Origin: a virus
IMG/VR virus record: IMGVR_UViG_3300046514_000687
Location: 47,031 to 111,030 of that record
Length of the DNA stretch: 64,000 nucleotides
Direction: 5' to 3' (one strand)
Shown here piece by piece: positions 8,220 to 18,199 of this stretch. The translations under genes and the position numbers were made by a program. The number at the start of each line of letters is the position of its first letter. The stretch's first letter is position 1. The notes below the pieces were generated by a model. The model did no database searches and was not told the DNA's origin. It worked only from the letters and a program-made list of their open reading frames with translations.

Positions 8220-9035
8220 GTGGACGAGGACACCGAGAACACCCAGCCCGCGCTCCTGCCGGCCGAGCGGCCGGAGGGCCGCCCCGCCACCGTGCCCTGC
8301 CACCAGATCGCCTTCAGCAGCCCGCTGGAGCCCAGCCCCAGCCTCCGCCGGTCGGTAGCGGCGGTGGGGATCCTCCAGCCGCTGCTGATCCGCCGGAACC
8401 CCAACGGAGACAGCCTCTGCCCCTGGGTGGTCACCGACGGCAACCGACGCCTGCGCGCCGCGCTACTGGCCGACCTGACCAGCGTGCCGACGCTGATCAT
8501 CGAGGGCGACGCCAACTGGGGCGCGGTCGCCCAGCTCAGCACGAACGCCACTCGCTCGCAGAACCTGGCGGCCGACCTCAAGAGCGTGGAGCAGCTCGCT
8601 ACGGCGGGCTACACGGCGAAGGAGATCGGCCAGGCCGTCGGGCTCACCCGCGTTCAGGTAGAGCGCCTGCTGGGTATGCAGCGGTTGGACCCGGTACTGC
8701 GGCAAGGGCTCGACGACGGGAAGCTGACGCTGGGCACGGCGACCGAAGCGGCGAAGCTGCCGGTGGTCAGCCAGGAGGCGCTGGCCGAGAAGTTCACCAA
8801 CGAGGGCAAGCTGACGGGCGGGGACATCGCGGAGCAGAAGACCGCCCGCGCCGCGCAGGCGCTCGCGATGACCGACGTGGACGAGTTCCTGGTGGACGCG
8901 CCGACGCTGCCCGAGCACGAGGAGCGAGCGCGGTTCGTCAGCCTCGCTCGCCAGGCCCACGACTACGCGGTGCAGGACAACCGCGCCGCCGCCATCGCCA
9001 CCCTGGAGACCCTGATTAGCGCCCTGGAGAGTTAG
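8220..9035 (+). CDS. ParB/Spo0J-like protein (ParB-N plus HTH)
   Basis: GILQPLLIR...VVTDGNRRLRAA; HTH TAKEIGQAVGLTRVQVERLL. Confidence 0.85.
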   Translation: MDEDTENTQPALLPAERPEGRPATVPCHQIAFSSPLEPSPSLRRSVAAVGILQPLLIRRNPNGDSLCPWVVTDGNRRLRAALLADLTSVPTLIIEGDANWGAVAQLSTNATRSQNLAADLKSVEQLATAGYTAKEIGQAVGLTRVQVERLLGMQRLDPVLRQGLDDGKLTLGTATEAAKLPVVSQEALAEKFTNEGKLTGGDIAEQKTARAAQALAMTDVDEFLVDAPTLPEHEERARFVSLARQAHDYAVQDNRAAAIATLETLISALES

Positions 9036-9056
9036 CGGAAGACCCACCGGGCCGAG

Positions 9057-9133
9057 TGGCCCTCACTGGCCCGGTGGGTTATAATCAAGTGTAGGTACCC
9101 CCGCAAGGTACCGCAGCACAAAGCGCGTGGAGG
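9057..9133 (+). promoter_or_regulatory. conserved promoter/leader element P3 (overlapped by hairpin 9042-9079)
   Basis: TGGCCC-17-TATAAT-CAAGTGTA-GGTACC-CCCGCAA-GGTACC-GCAGCAC. Confidence 0.9.
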
Positions 9134-9138
9134 AACAG

Positions 9139-9996
9139 ATGGACACCAAGCAGACCAAGGAGCCGTCGGTCCGGCAGGCTTGCGCAGAGGCCGCGCGCGG
9201 GCTCCTCGCAGCCCACGGGGAGCTGCGAGCGCTGGACGCCTGGAACGGCAGCCGCGTGCCGGCGGAGGCGAAGCGGTCGCTGAACGCGGTGATCGCAGAC
9301 TGGGTGGCGCGCAACGAGCCGCCGCTGTCGGTCCACGCCCGCCTGGCGGCGCTGATCAACGCGGAGCACCCCGTGGTGGGGGAGGTCCGCTACCAGGTCC
9401 GCCTGGCGATGGTCCACCACCTGCGCGACGGCTGGGCAGGCACCGGCGCGGGTGCGCCGGTCGAGACGATTCCCCCACTCGACGAGCCGACCCCCGACCT
9501 GCCGCCCAGCGGCCTCGACGTGGAGACGCTGGTACGGCAGGCGCTTGCCGAGACCGCGCCGGAGGCAGAGCCGGAAGCTGCACCGGAGCCGCCCGCGCCC
9601 GCTACCCCCGACGCCTGGGAGTGCGGCCTCTGCGGCCTGGTCATCGCTGACCAGGCCGCGCTGGTCACTCACATCGCTGACTGCGAGGGGCCAATCGCGC
9701 CGACGGAGGAGGAACCCCTGCCCCCCGCCGGCCCCGCCCTGGTGTTTAGCTACGGCGGCACCGAGATCCACCGCGAGCCGGCGCCGGAGGAGCCGGCCGG
9801 CTCAGCCTCGCCGGTGGACGACTCCGGCGGGCGCTACGAGTGCGCCCTGTGCGGCATGGTCACGGAGGGCCAGGCGGTGCTGGAGGCCCACCTCGCTCAG
9901 TGCACCGGCACGGGGAGCAGCGGGCGGTCGAGCCGCCGCGGCAGCGCGGTGCCGAAGCCGGCGAGCAAGAAGCGCAGTGCCAAGAGTCGCCGCTAG
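9139..9996 (+). CDS. protein with two C2HC zinc fingers
   Basis: WECGLCG..LVTHIADC and YECALCG..LEAHLAQC; basic C-terminal tail. Confidence 0.7.
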   Translation: MDTKQTKEPSVRQACAEAARGLLAAHGELRALDAWNGSRVPAEAKRSLNAVIADWVARNEPPLSVHARLAALINAEHPVVGEVRYQVRLAMVHHLRDGWAGTGAGAPVETIPPLDEPTPDLPPSGLDVETLVRQALAETAPEAEPEAAPEPPAPATPDAWECGLCGLVIADQAALVTHIADCEGPIAPTEEEPLPPAGPALVFSYGGTEIHREPAPEEPAGSASPVDDSGGRYECALCGMVTEGQAVLEAHLAQCTGTGSSGRSSRRGSAVPKPASKKRSAKSRR

Positions 9997-10011
9997 GCGC
10001 AGTCGGCAGCA

Positions 10012-10041
10012 CGGGCGCGCCCCGCCGGCGGGGCGCGCCCG
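10012..10041. repeat. 30-bp perfect palindrome (core GCCCCGCCGGCGGGGC, 5 copies in window)
   Basis: Core also at 13841, 42545, 62178, 62739. Confidence 0.8.
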
Positions 10042-10060
10042 GTCGCACAGGGAGGCACTC

Positions 10061-10450
10061 GTGAGCTACCTCATCGTCCAGAACGCCGACTCGCGCTTCC
10101 GCCGCCACCTGGCGCTGGCCACCGGGCCGGGCCGGGTGTACGGTCAGCCAAACCCTGCCGTCCGCGCGCTGTGCGGCCAGTGGCCGGGCAAGGGCACTGC
10201 CATCGGGACGCCCGGCGCGGAGTGGGCGCGGTCCTGGGACGCTACCCAGCCGCAGCCCGATCCGTTCAACCAGTGGATCTGCCCGGACTGCGAGGCCAGC
10301 CTGACCGCCGAGCGCGAGGGCTACGACTGGCTGCTGCCGCCCAGCGACCGCCTGGGACACCTGCGGGAGCGAGTGCAGCGCCTAGCCACCGAGGTCGCAG
10401 CCCTGCGCGCGCAATACGTGCCGCCGGAGAGCACGGAGGACGCCGGCTGA
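10061..10450 (+). CDS. hypothetical protein with H..LCG..CxxC motif
   Basis: GGAGG RBS before GTG. Confidence 0.6.
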   Translation: MSYLIVQNADSRFRRHLALATGPGRVYGQPNPAVRALCGQWPGKGTAIGTPGAEWARSWDATQPQPDPFNQWICPDCEASLTAEREGYDWLLPPSDRLGHLRERVQRLATEVAALRAQYVPPESTEDAG

Positions 10451-11214
10451 TGGAGATGGAGACCGAGATCCGCATCGAGCAGCAGAACGACGGGCGCTGG
10501 CTGGTGATCCTGGTGCGGCCGGTGCTGGAGCAGGCCTACGGACCCTACGACCTGCCGGAGGCCCAGCGCCAGGCCGACCGGCTGCGCAACCTGTACCGCA
10601 GCGAGAACGGCGCCGTCTTAGAGCGGGTGGCTCAGGCCGTCCACGACGGGATGCAGGCCGACGGGCTCAAGCCGTCGGCCTGCATCGCCGGAGCCGCCGC
10701 GATCCGCGACCTGCTGAGCAGCGACGCAGCCGACGAGACGGCGGGCATCTTGCCCGTGGAGCTGGTCGCCGTGACGGCTGCCGCCTTCAACGCGCCGGGC
10801 TGGCGGCTCCTGCTGGCGCACAGCGACCCGCACCGCGACCCGGCGCGCTGGGCCGCCGACGGCGCGTGGAGCGTCGGGCTGGGGTTCGGCGCGGACCCGG
10901 AGCCGGGCCGCTGGCCGGGCCACCTGGTCGCGGTGGTCGACCGCCGCTGGCTGGTGGACCCGACGCTGGGCCAGGCCAGCCGCCCGGACCGGGGCCTAAC
11001 CCTCCCGGATATCCTGGTCCTGCCGCTCACCGAGCGGTGGGTGCGGGGGCGCGAGGACACCGTGATCCGCCTGCCCGGCGACACCACCGTGACCGTCGCG
11101 CGGCGGCGCAATGCCCCGTCTTTCCAGCACAGCCCGGACTGGCGGGAGTCCAGGCGCCGCACTCAGCGCGTGGCTGCGGCGCTGGCCCTGCTCCAGGCTG
11201 AGGAGGCGAGGTGA
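10450..11214 (+). CDS. hypothetical protein, possible transglutaminase/papain-like fold
   Basis: ACI...GHLVAVV...LVDPT gives C-H-D order. Confidence 0.45.
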   Translation: MEMETEIRIEQQNDGRWLVILVRPVLEQAYGPYDLPEAQRQADRLRNLYRSENGAVLERVAQAVHDGMQADGLKPSACIAGAAAIRDLLSSDAADETAGILPVELVAVTAAAFNAPGWRLLLAHSDPHRDPARWAADGAWSVGLGFGADPEPGRWPGHLVAVVDRRWLVDPTLGQASRPDRGLTLPDILVLPLTERWVRGREDTVIRLPGDTTVTVARRRNAPSFQHSPDWRESRRRTQRVAAALALLQAEEAR

Positions 11215-11525
11215 TGGCTAAACTGCCGGTCAACCTGGCGCGCTGCCAGGAGTGCCTCCAGACCTTCACGATCACCCCGCTGCGCTGGCAGCCCAAGCCG
11301 CGACACTGTAGCCTGCGTTGCGTCTGGCGCGGCGAGGCGCGGCGGGCACGCGCGGACGCGGGGCTGCCGGCCTGGTTCCCCGCCGTGCCCGTCAGCCGCA
11401 CCTGTCCCGACTGCGGGGAGACGAAGAACGTCGACCTCTTCGGCCGCCGCAGCTCAGTCCAGCCCGAGTATGTGCAGTCCTACTGCATCAGCTGTCGCAG
11501 CCGCTACGACAGCCGGAGGAACTAG
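11211..11525 (+). CDS. Cys-rich Zn-binding protein
   Basis: CQEC, CSLRC, CPDC, CISC. Confidence 0.6.
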   Translation: MMAKLPVNLARCQECLQTFTITPLRWQPKPRHCSLRCVWRGEARRARADAGLPAWFPAVPVSRTCPDCGETKNVDLFGRRSSVQPEYVQSYCISCRSRYDSRRN

Positions 11526-11527
11526 CC

Positions 11528-11953
11528 ATGCCCGACGAGTTCTGCCCCAGCGAGACCGCGCACAGCATCGCGCCCGACGGGACTACCTACCACCCCCACG
11601 GACCCGACGATCCTTGCGACCTGCTGCTGCCGGGCGGGTACGCGCTCAGCGTGATCGGGCCGGGCGAGCTAGTCGACACCTGGTCGCACCGCTGGGGCAC
11701 CGACTGGGCGCCGATGGCCGAGCGGGATATCGACATGGCCAGCGCCCTGGTCGCCCTGATGCGGCACCCCGGTGAGGCACACAGCAGCCGGGACGGAGCG
11801 CGGGGCACCTACCCCGACTACACTATGGTGCCGGGCTCAGCGCACATCTGGTGCGCCGTTTGCGGCGAGCTGGTCGGCGCGCACGCCGAGGTCGTCCAGG
11901 ACGCCATTAGCTGGACGCCGGCCCCCGACGATCCGGGCTGGTGGCAGCGGTGA
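11528..11953 (+). CDS. hypothetical protein
   Basis: GGAGG RBS; ATG 11528. Confidence 0.55.
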   Translation: MPDEFCPSETAHSIAPDGTTYHPHGPDDPCDLLLPGGYALSVIGPGELVDTWSHRWGTDWAPMAERDIDMASALVALMRHPGEAHSSRDGARGTYPDYTMVPGSAHIWCAVCGELVGAHAEVVQDAISWTPAPDDPGWWQR

Positions 11954-12411
11954 GCGCGGTCGCGCGTCCCCGTACCCCCGAGGGCCGGTACCGGACCGCT
12001 GCCGCGCCCGGCATGACCGGCCCGGAGCTGCGCCGATGGCGGCGGTGCTCCGGCCTGACGCAGCGCGAGCTGGCGTACCGCGTCGGCTACCAGCCGCCCA
12101 ACGTCACGGCGATGGAGACCGGCGCGCGGCCGGTCATGCCGGCCGTCGAGGCGTACGTGCGCGCCCACCCGGCGCCGGAGCACACCGGCGACTACACACT
12201 CGACCCAGCAGGCCTGGAGCGCGCGCTACGGACCTTCGGCTCGTACGCCGTGTTCGCTCGCTGGTGGGGGGTGGCGGAACTCACGCTGCGGCGCTGGCGG
12301 TTCGGGGAGCAGTCGCTCCCCATGCCGCTCCGCGCGTGGCTGCGCGCGGGCGCTCCGCACCGCTGGGACGGCTGCACACACTGGCACCGGCGCCGCCGAG
12401 ACCACTGGTAG
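11950..12411 (+). CDS. XRE-family HTH protein (possibly tandem HTH)
   Basis: MTGPELRRWRRCSGLTQRELAYRVG..VTAMETG. Confidence 0.75.
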   Translation: MSAVARPRTPEGRYRTAAAPGMTGPELRRWRRCSGLTQRELAYRVGYQPPNVTAMETGARPVMPAVEAYVRAHPAPEHTGDYTLDPAGLERALRTFGSYAVFARWWGVAELTLRRWRFGEQSLPMPLRAWLRAGAPHRWDGCTHWHRRRRDHW

Positions 12412-12475
12412 ACCCCGCGCGGATAGGTTATAATCTAGCGTAGGTACCCCCGCAAGGTACCGCAGCAACAGGAGG
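12406..12475 (+). promoter_or_regulatory. conserved promoter/leader element P4
   Basis: TGGTAG-17-TATAAT-CTAGCGTA-GGTACC-CCCGCAA-GGTACC-GCAGC..GGAGG. Confidence 0.9.
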
Positions 12476-12481
12476 CGCCAA

Positions 12482-13096
12482 GTGACCTACGAGACCTGCC
12501 CGGTCTGCCAGAACATCGGCGGCGCTGGCAACGCCGACTGCCCCGGCCACGACGACGAGATCCCCGAGGACTTCCGCCCCGCCGGCCTGGACCGCGAGAC
12601 CGCCAGCGCCATCTGGAGCACCAAGCGGTGCGACGGGTGCGGGCGGACCCTCCCCGCCGCTGAGATCGTGGTCGTAGGCCGCGGGTGGGTCAACTGCGGG
12701 GACTGCGCCGCCGCCCCCGCCACGCCCCCGCCGTACTGCCAGGACCCCGAGCGCTGCGGCCAGAACGACCCCATCAGCGAACAGTATGGGTTCACTCACA
12801 TCGCCTACTGCCAGAGCTGCGAGGCCGCTCACGCGCTGGAGGAGCGCGGGATGCCGCTGATCGCGGGCGCCAGCGAGGAGACCCTCAGCCAGCGCATCGA
12901 CCGGGAGCTGGCCGAGGAGGCCGTCCAGGCCGAGGTCGACTTCGCCCAGGGCCGCTGCTGGGTCTGCCAGCGCAAGCTCGCCGACTACCCTAGCCTCATC
13001 AGCCAGCGAGAGTGCTACTTCTGCAGCCAGGAGCTAGCCTGCTTGGTCGCCGAGGCCGAGGCGGAGTTCGGCGTCAAGTTCCAGAAGGAGGTCTAG
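12482..13096 (+). CDS. multi-CxxC hypothetical protein
   Basis: Several CxxC pairs; first gene after P4. Confidence 0.65.
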   Translation: MTYETCPVCQNIGGAGNADCPGHDDEIPEDFRPAGLDRETASAIWSTKRCDGCGRTLPAAEIVVVGRGWVNCGDCAAAPATPPPYCQDPERCGQNDPISEQYGFTHIAYCQSCEAAHALEERGMPLIAGASEETLSQRIDRELAEEAVQAEVDFAQGRCWVCQRKLADYPSLISQRECYFCSQELACLVAEAEAEFGVKFQKEV

Positions 13097-13465
13097 ATGG
13101 ACACCACTGCACCCCGCCTGACCGTCGCCGCCCTGGCCGACCGCCTGCTGGCCCTGCTGCCCGCGCTGGCCGACGACGAGGGCGCCGTAGTGGAGGCTCA
13201 CGCCAGCGTCGTGCTGGCCCGCCGCGACCTCGCCAACGCCGAGATGCACGCCTGGGACCAGGACCTCGTGGAGGGCTCCAACGCCGAGAAGCGCGCCACC
13301 AGCCTGCGGAAGCAGACGCTCCAGGAGATCATCGAGGTCGAGCGCGCGGAGGGGCGCCTGCGCCGCGCGCAGTCCACCCTGCGGGTCCACGAGCAGGAGG
13401 CGCGGAGCCTGCGGGCGATCATCCCCGCGCTGGACACGCGCCTTATCGTCACGGAGCGGGAGTGA
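13097..13465 (+). CDS. helical hypothetical protein
   Basis: GSNAEKR motif; RBS. Confidence 0.6.
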   Translation: MDTTAPRLTVAALADRLLALLPALADDEGAVVEAHASVVLARRDLANAEMHAWDQDLVEGSNAEKRATSLRKQTLQEIIEVERAEGRLRRAQSTLRVHEQEARSLRAIIPALDTRLIVTERE

Positions 13466-13468
13466 GCG

Positions 13469-14898
13469 ATGGACCAGTGCCACTACCACCCGGCGGTCGC
13501 CGGGTGGCGCGTCTGTCCGGGCTGCGCGATCACGCTCTGCGTGATGTGCCCGGCGGAGGTCGCCGGCGGCCAGCTCGCCTGCCGCCGCTGCGGCTACGTC
13601 ATCGGGCAGTTCCGCCAAGCGCCGCAGAGAGAGGAGCCCCCGTGGCCGAGAGTCTAACGATCCCGCTGGTAGGGCCGGCGCGGGCGCCCTGCGCCTGGCC
13701 TGTGCTGCCGGCCTGCCCGCACCTGGCGCGGGTCTACGTGGAGGCGCCGCCCGGCAGCGGCGCGTTCGTCGGGGTCTGCCGCGCCCACCAGCGGCGCTGG
13801 GAGCGTCAGTTCGCCGCGCAGATCGCCGCGCACTACAGGCGCCCCGCCGGCGGGGCGCCTGGCGAAGGGGGGTAAGCGATGCGGTCCAGGGCGAGCAAGT
13901 TCTACGACACGCTAGATTACGAGGTCAGCAACGCCCGCGGGATTGCCTACGCGTTGCGCGAGGAGATCGGCAGCTACTGGCGCCACATGCACCGCTGCCG
14001 CAAAGAGGCTGCCCAGGCAGCGGCCGATCCGCCCGCCGACGCCTACACTCGCACCAGCACGCGGATCAGCGCCGACCGGAGCGAGAGGCAGCTCCGCCTC
14101 CTACTCGGCATCCGGCGCGAGGGCCTGGGCCGGTGAGCGAGCCGTGGCGCGGACCCCACCACAGCGACGACCGCATCTCCTACGAGGCCACAGTCGCCCG
14201 GCAGGGCGCGCGGATCGTGGCTGGACCGCGACACTACTGCCCCGGCTGCGGGCTCGACCTGCCCTGTGCGAACACGGAGCCGGAGGGCTGCTGGGCCTGC
14301 GTCAGCGGGCGGGGGTTCGACATCTGCCCGGCCTGCATGCTCATCGCAGTGGGACAGCGATGAGCGCCCCGAGACTGCGGTTCAGCCTGGTCCACCGGAC
14401 GAGGGACGGCGAGCACGTCGTCCAGCAAGCCGACCACTACGCCGCCATCGCCCAGGCCGCGACGGAGTGGCTTGCGCGCTGGCGCGCGGGGCGCCTGACC
14501 GTGGGGCGGAGCCACTGCCGCGCCTGGGGCGTGAACGCCCACGCCTGGCGGCTGGTCGGCCCGCCGCCAGACTACGACGCGAGCTGGCTAGTCATCGTCG
14601 ATGCGAGGAGGCTCCTGCCATGAGCGAGCGCCAGGCTAGTAACACGGGAGGGCCGGTTTCCGCCGCGCTCCTCGCCTTCGTCCGCGCCTACGCAAACGCC
14701 GACCACCTGGACGCCGACCAGAGCGAGGTAGCGCTCTTCCGCGCCTGGCTTGCCGCCGTCGGCGTACTCGGCGTCCGGGCCGAGGTTCCGCCCCGCGCTC
14801 AGACTGTCATGCGCGAGCATCCCGAGCTGTCCGAACTGCGCTTCGGGCCGGGTGGCGCCGACGACCTGCGGCTGGAGCCGCGCGGGGAGGATGCTTGA
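13469..14898 (+). other. run of six small hypothetical ORFs (13469-13657, 13642-13875, 13879-14136, 14133-14363, 14360-14623, 14620-14898)
   Basis: Tightly coupled starts and stops, several Cys-rich. Confidence 0.55.
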
Positions 14899-16103
14899 GC
14901 CGACGATGGCGTCTGTCTGCCGTGCTGCTGCTCGCCGGCCTGGGGCTCGCTCCGCCGGCCGGTGCGGCGCCGAGTGCGGCCATCACGGTGACCCCGTTCC
15001 TGCCGCCCGACTGCGCGGGCTTCAGCGGCGCGGCCCACGTGGGCACCGGCGTGATCACCGCGCCGGTGGGCCAGGTGATCGTGGCGGTCGCGGTCCACGA
15101 CGGCAACGCCAGCCCGGTACTCGGGCCGAACCAGTGCATCCAGTTCACGACCGACGGCGCTTTCGTCAGCCCGCCCGGCCACGACTGCTACACGGTAAGC
15201 GGACTGGGGACCGCCGCGGTGACGGTGAGCGACGCGCCGCAGATGGACTGCGGGGGGATCAGCTTCGTGCAGGTGCTCACGCAGGCTGCGCTTACGCCCA
15301 CGCAGACACCGACGCCCACGAGCACGCCCAGTTCCACGCCCCCGAGCACGCCCACGGGCACGCCCAGCCCTACGCCGACGGCCACGAGCACCGGCACCTC
15401 GCCCAGCACCGGGACCGCCACGCCATCGCCAACCGGCACGGTCACGGAGACGCCCAGTGCGACGCCCTCACAAACGCCATCTCCCACCAGTGGGATTCCG
15501 GCTACTGCGACTCCAACGGGCCTACCTACTCTACTGCCGACGGTAGAGCCTACCGGGACGCCGAGTCCGAATCCCCCTGGGACTGCGTCGCCCACGGCGA
15601 CCGCTACCACCATGGCTAGCCTGACGCCGACCAGCACCGCGACCGGAGGGCCGAATGCGACGCCGACGCCGACGCCACCTCTCAGCGGAGGGGCTACTCC
15701 TACTGGCACTGCGACGGGCCTACCTACTCTGGTGCCGCCAGCGGAGCCTACCGCTACAGCATCTCCGCTTCCGACCCTACCTCTACCGCCGACCGCGACT
15801 GTGACACCGACTGTCCCAACAATCATTATTGGGACACCGACTGTCCCAATAACCGTTGCTGCGACACCCACGGCGACTGCGCTGGTGATCAGCCTGCCGC
15901 CGGTCCCGCTGCCCCCGCCGGGCGGGATCCAGCGGGGCCTGCCGGCGCCGCTCCTAGCCGAGCGCGGCGGCCCCGCCGGATACCCGTTAGCCGAGGCCGC
16001 CGGGGAAACCGAGGTGCCGGTGGTGCCCGAGGTGCCGACGGTGCTGCTGCTCCTGACCGGCGCCCTGCTCATCTGGCTCGCGCGCCACTGGAGGCGCCGG
16101 TGA
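14895..16103 (+). CDS. secreted Thr/Pro-rich protein with PEP-CTERM-like C-terminal sorting signal
   Basis: Signal peptide MSRRWRLSAVLLLAGLGLAPPAGA; long TP/TA low-complexity region; VPVVPEVPTVLLLLTGALLIWLARHWRRR tail. Confidence 0.75.
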   Translation: MSRRWRLSAVLLLAGLGLAPPAGAAPSAAITVTPFLPPDCAGFSGAAHVGTGVITAPVGQVIVAVAVHDGNASPVLGPNQCIQFTTDGAFVSPPGHDCYTVSGLGTAAVTVSDAPQMDCGGISFVQVLTQAALTPTQTPTPTSTPSSTPPSTPTGTPSPTPTATSTGTSPSTGTATPSPTGTVTETPSATPSQTPSPTSGIPATATPTGLPTLLPTVEPTGTPSPNPPGTASPTATATTMASLTPTSTATGGPNATPTPTPPLSGGATPTGTATGLPTLVPPAEPTATASPLPTLPLPPTATVTPTVPTIIIGTPTVPITVAATPTATALVISLPPVPLPPPGGIQRGLPAPLLAERGGPAGYPLAEAAGETEVPVVPEVPTVLLLLTGALLIWLARHWRRR

Positions 16104-16315
16104 AGAACCGCCGAGTCCTGGTCCGCATCGTCGAGTCGGTCTACTACGACGTAGAGGTAGAGATTCCCGACGGCCGCGCCACGGTCGAATACCTAGATGC
16201 CCTGGCGACCGCCGACTGCCTGGGCGATCTCGTCGACCCGACCCAGGCTAACGTCACCACGCGCACCTGGGAACCCATCGGGGAGCCCCCCTGGCCGGCA
16301 GCCCAGCCGCGCTAG
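16100..16315 (+). CDS. small hypothetical protein
   Basis: GTGA overlap, RBS. Confidence 0.55.
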   Translation: MKNRRVLVRIVESVYYDVEVEIPDGRATVEYLDALATADCLGDLVDPTQANVTTRTWEPIGEPPWPAAQPR

Positions 16316-16336
16316 AAGGGCCATTCCTGCGCCTGA

Positions 16337-16364
16337 GCGGCCCGGAGCGGGTACTCCGGGCCGC
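16337..16364. terminator. 11-bp GC hairpin
   Basis: GCGGCCCGGAG-6nt-CTCCGGGCCGC in intergenic gap. Confidence 0.45.
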
Positions 16365-16413
16365 CGGCGTGTAAACTCACAGCCAGTAAGCAGAAGGGCG
16401 CCTAGGAGCGCGC

Positions 16414-17520
16414 GTGCGCGGGACCAGCCTCGCGGGCACCGTCCGAGCGGCGGCAGTGACGGCCTGGCACGTCAGCGACTACGGGCCGGACCTCTGGCGG
16501 CTAATCTTTCCCGTGCAGGCGCTCCGCGCCTTCGACGGCTACCCCGTCGAGCTGGTCGACGGGCGCGCGCCGAACGCCTGGCAGCGCATCAGCAGCCACG
16601 CCGTCCTGCTCTCCCGCCCATCCGCCGCCACCACCGCCTGGTTCGACGTGGTGCGCGACGCCCAGCTCGTGCTGCTCGCCGACTTCGACGACGACGTGTT
16701 CACCGACGCCTACTACGCCCAGTGGGCGCGGTTCAGCGAGGGCGACACCGGCGAGCAGGCCTTTCAGGAAGCGCAGGCCCGCAACCTCCGCAGCCTCCGC
16801 AATATGCACGGCGCCACGGTCACCAGCCCGGCGCTGGCCGCGCTCATCGACACTGCCGCGCCGCGGCTGCCCGTGGCGGTGGTGCCGAACGCGATTCCCT
16901 GGGCGTACTGGCGGCGCCGCTGCCGGGCCGGCGGGCAGGCTCCGTCGGGCAGTCCGACTATCGGCTGGCTCGGCGGCTCCCGCGAGGACGCGGACATCGC
17001 CCCGATGCTAGGTGGCTGGGCAGCCATCGCGCACCGCCACCCCGCTGTCCGGTTCGTGGTCGCGGCGCCCGTGCCGGCTATCGTCACCGCGGCGCTGCCG
17101 CCCGACCGGCTGGAGCCACGGCCCTGGCAGCCGATCGACCGCTACGAGCCGCTGTACGGGGGCCTGGACATCGGCTGCTGCCCGCTGGCGGACACGGCCT
17201 GGAACCGCCACAAGAGCCCGTGTAAGGCGTTCGAGTATGCCGCGGCCGGCGCCACTGTGGTCGCCAGTACGCCGGTCTACCGCCGGGTGCTGCGGCCCGG
17301 CGTGGATGCGCTGATCGCCGACACGGCTGCCGACTGGGAAAGCGCGCTGGAGCGACTGGTGACGGATCCGGCACTGCGCGCGCGGCTGAGCGGGGAGTGG
17401 GCGCGGCGGGTGCAGGCCGAGCACAGCCTGGAGACACAGCGCCACCGCTGGGCCGAGGCGTGGACGCGGCTGATCACGCGCCAGCGCGGGCGGTTCAAGA
17501 CCACGGGGCCGCGCCTGTGA
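16414..17520 (+). CDS. GT-B (GT4-like) glycosyltransferase
   Basis: DFDDD, TIGWLGG, DIGCCPLADTAWNRHKSPCKAFEYAAAG motifs. Confidence 0.85.
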   Translation: MRGTSLAGTVRAAAVTAWHVSDYGPDLWRLIFPVQALRAFDGYPVELVDGRAPNAWQRISSHAVLLSRPSAATTAWFDVVRDAQLVLLADFDDDVFTDAYYAQWARFSEGDTGEQAFQEAQARNLRSLRNMHGATVTSPALAALIDTAAPRLPVAVVPNAIPWAYWRRRCRAGGQAPSGSPTIGWLGGSREDADIAPMLGGWAAIAHRHPAVRFVVAAPVPAIVTAALPPDRLEPRPWQPIDRYEPLYGGLDIGCCPLADTAWNRHKSPCKAFEYAAAGATVVASTPVYRRVLRPGVDALIADTAADWESALERLVTDPALRARLSGEWARRVQAEHSLETQRHRWAEAWTRLITRQRGRFKTTGPRL

Positions 17521-18110
17521 GCGCGCCGCTACTCAGTGTCGTGGTGCCGACCATCGGCCGGCCGACGCTGGAGCGGACGCTGCGGTCGCTACGCTACCAG
17601 GCGCCGTCGAGCACGCTGGAGATCGTCGTCGTCGGCGACACGCACCAGGCCACCTACGCGCGAGCGCTGGGCACGGTGCCGTACCTGTGCGACCAGTTCG
17701 AGGCCCGCTACCTGGAGCACGACGGGGGGCTGCACTGCGTCGGCCAGCCGCAGCGCCAGCGGGGCCAGGCGGCAGCCCACGGGCTGTGGCTGGCGTGGCT
17801 CCAGGACGACGACGTGTGGGCGGCGAACGCGCTAGCGACCATCCGGCCGTTCCTGGCCTACGTCCGGCCGCTGCTGTTCCGCGCCGAAACACGCCACGGC
17901 GGGACCGTCTGGCGGGAGCCGCGGCTGGAGCACGGCAACGTGGATGCGAACTGCCTGGTGGTGCCGAACGTGCCGGCGCGGCTGGGGCGGTGGCTGAACC
18001 ACTACGACGGCGACTACGCCATGATCGCCCACACGGTGGGGCTCTGGCAGCACGCCTACTGGCCGCCGCCGCTGATCGCGCTGCACGACCGGGAGCCGGT
18101 GGCGACGTGA
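17517..18110 (+). CDS. GT-A (GT2) glycosyltransferase
   Basis: LSVVVPTIGRPTLERTLRSL...WLQDDD. Confidence 0.85.
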   Translation: MSAPLLSVVVPTIGRPTLERTLRSLRYQAPSSTLEIVVVGDTHQATYARALGTVPYLCDQFEARYLEHDGGLHCVGQPQRQRGQAAAHGLWLAWLQDDDVWAANALATIRPFLAYVRPLLFRAETRHGGTVWREPRLEHGNVDANCLVVPNVPARLGRWLNHYDGDYAMIAHTVGLWQHAYWPPPLIALHDREPVAT

Positions 18111-18119
18111 CTGCCGGAG

Positions 18120-18192
18120 TGGCCGTACCGCGCAGGATGGGTTATAATCTACTGTAGGTACCCCGCTAAGGTACCGCAGCCACAGGAGGAGG
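18120..18192 (+). promoter_or_regulatory. conserved promoter/leader element P5
   Basis: TGGCCG-17-TATAAT-CTACTGTA-GGTACC-CCGCTAA-GGTACC-GCAGC..AGGAGG. Confidence 0.9.
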
Positions 18193-18199
18193 ATCAGAG

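Noticed and set aside
15188-16072. Val/Gly-repeat minus-strand ORF
   Set aside because: Reverse complement of the Thr/Pro repeats of the 14895-16103 gene
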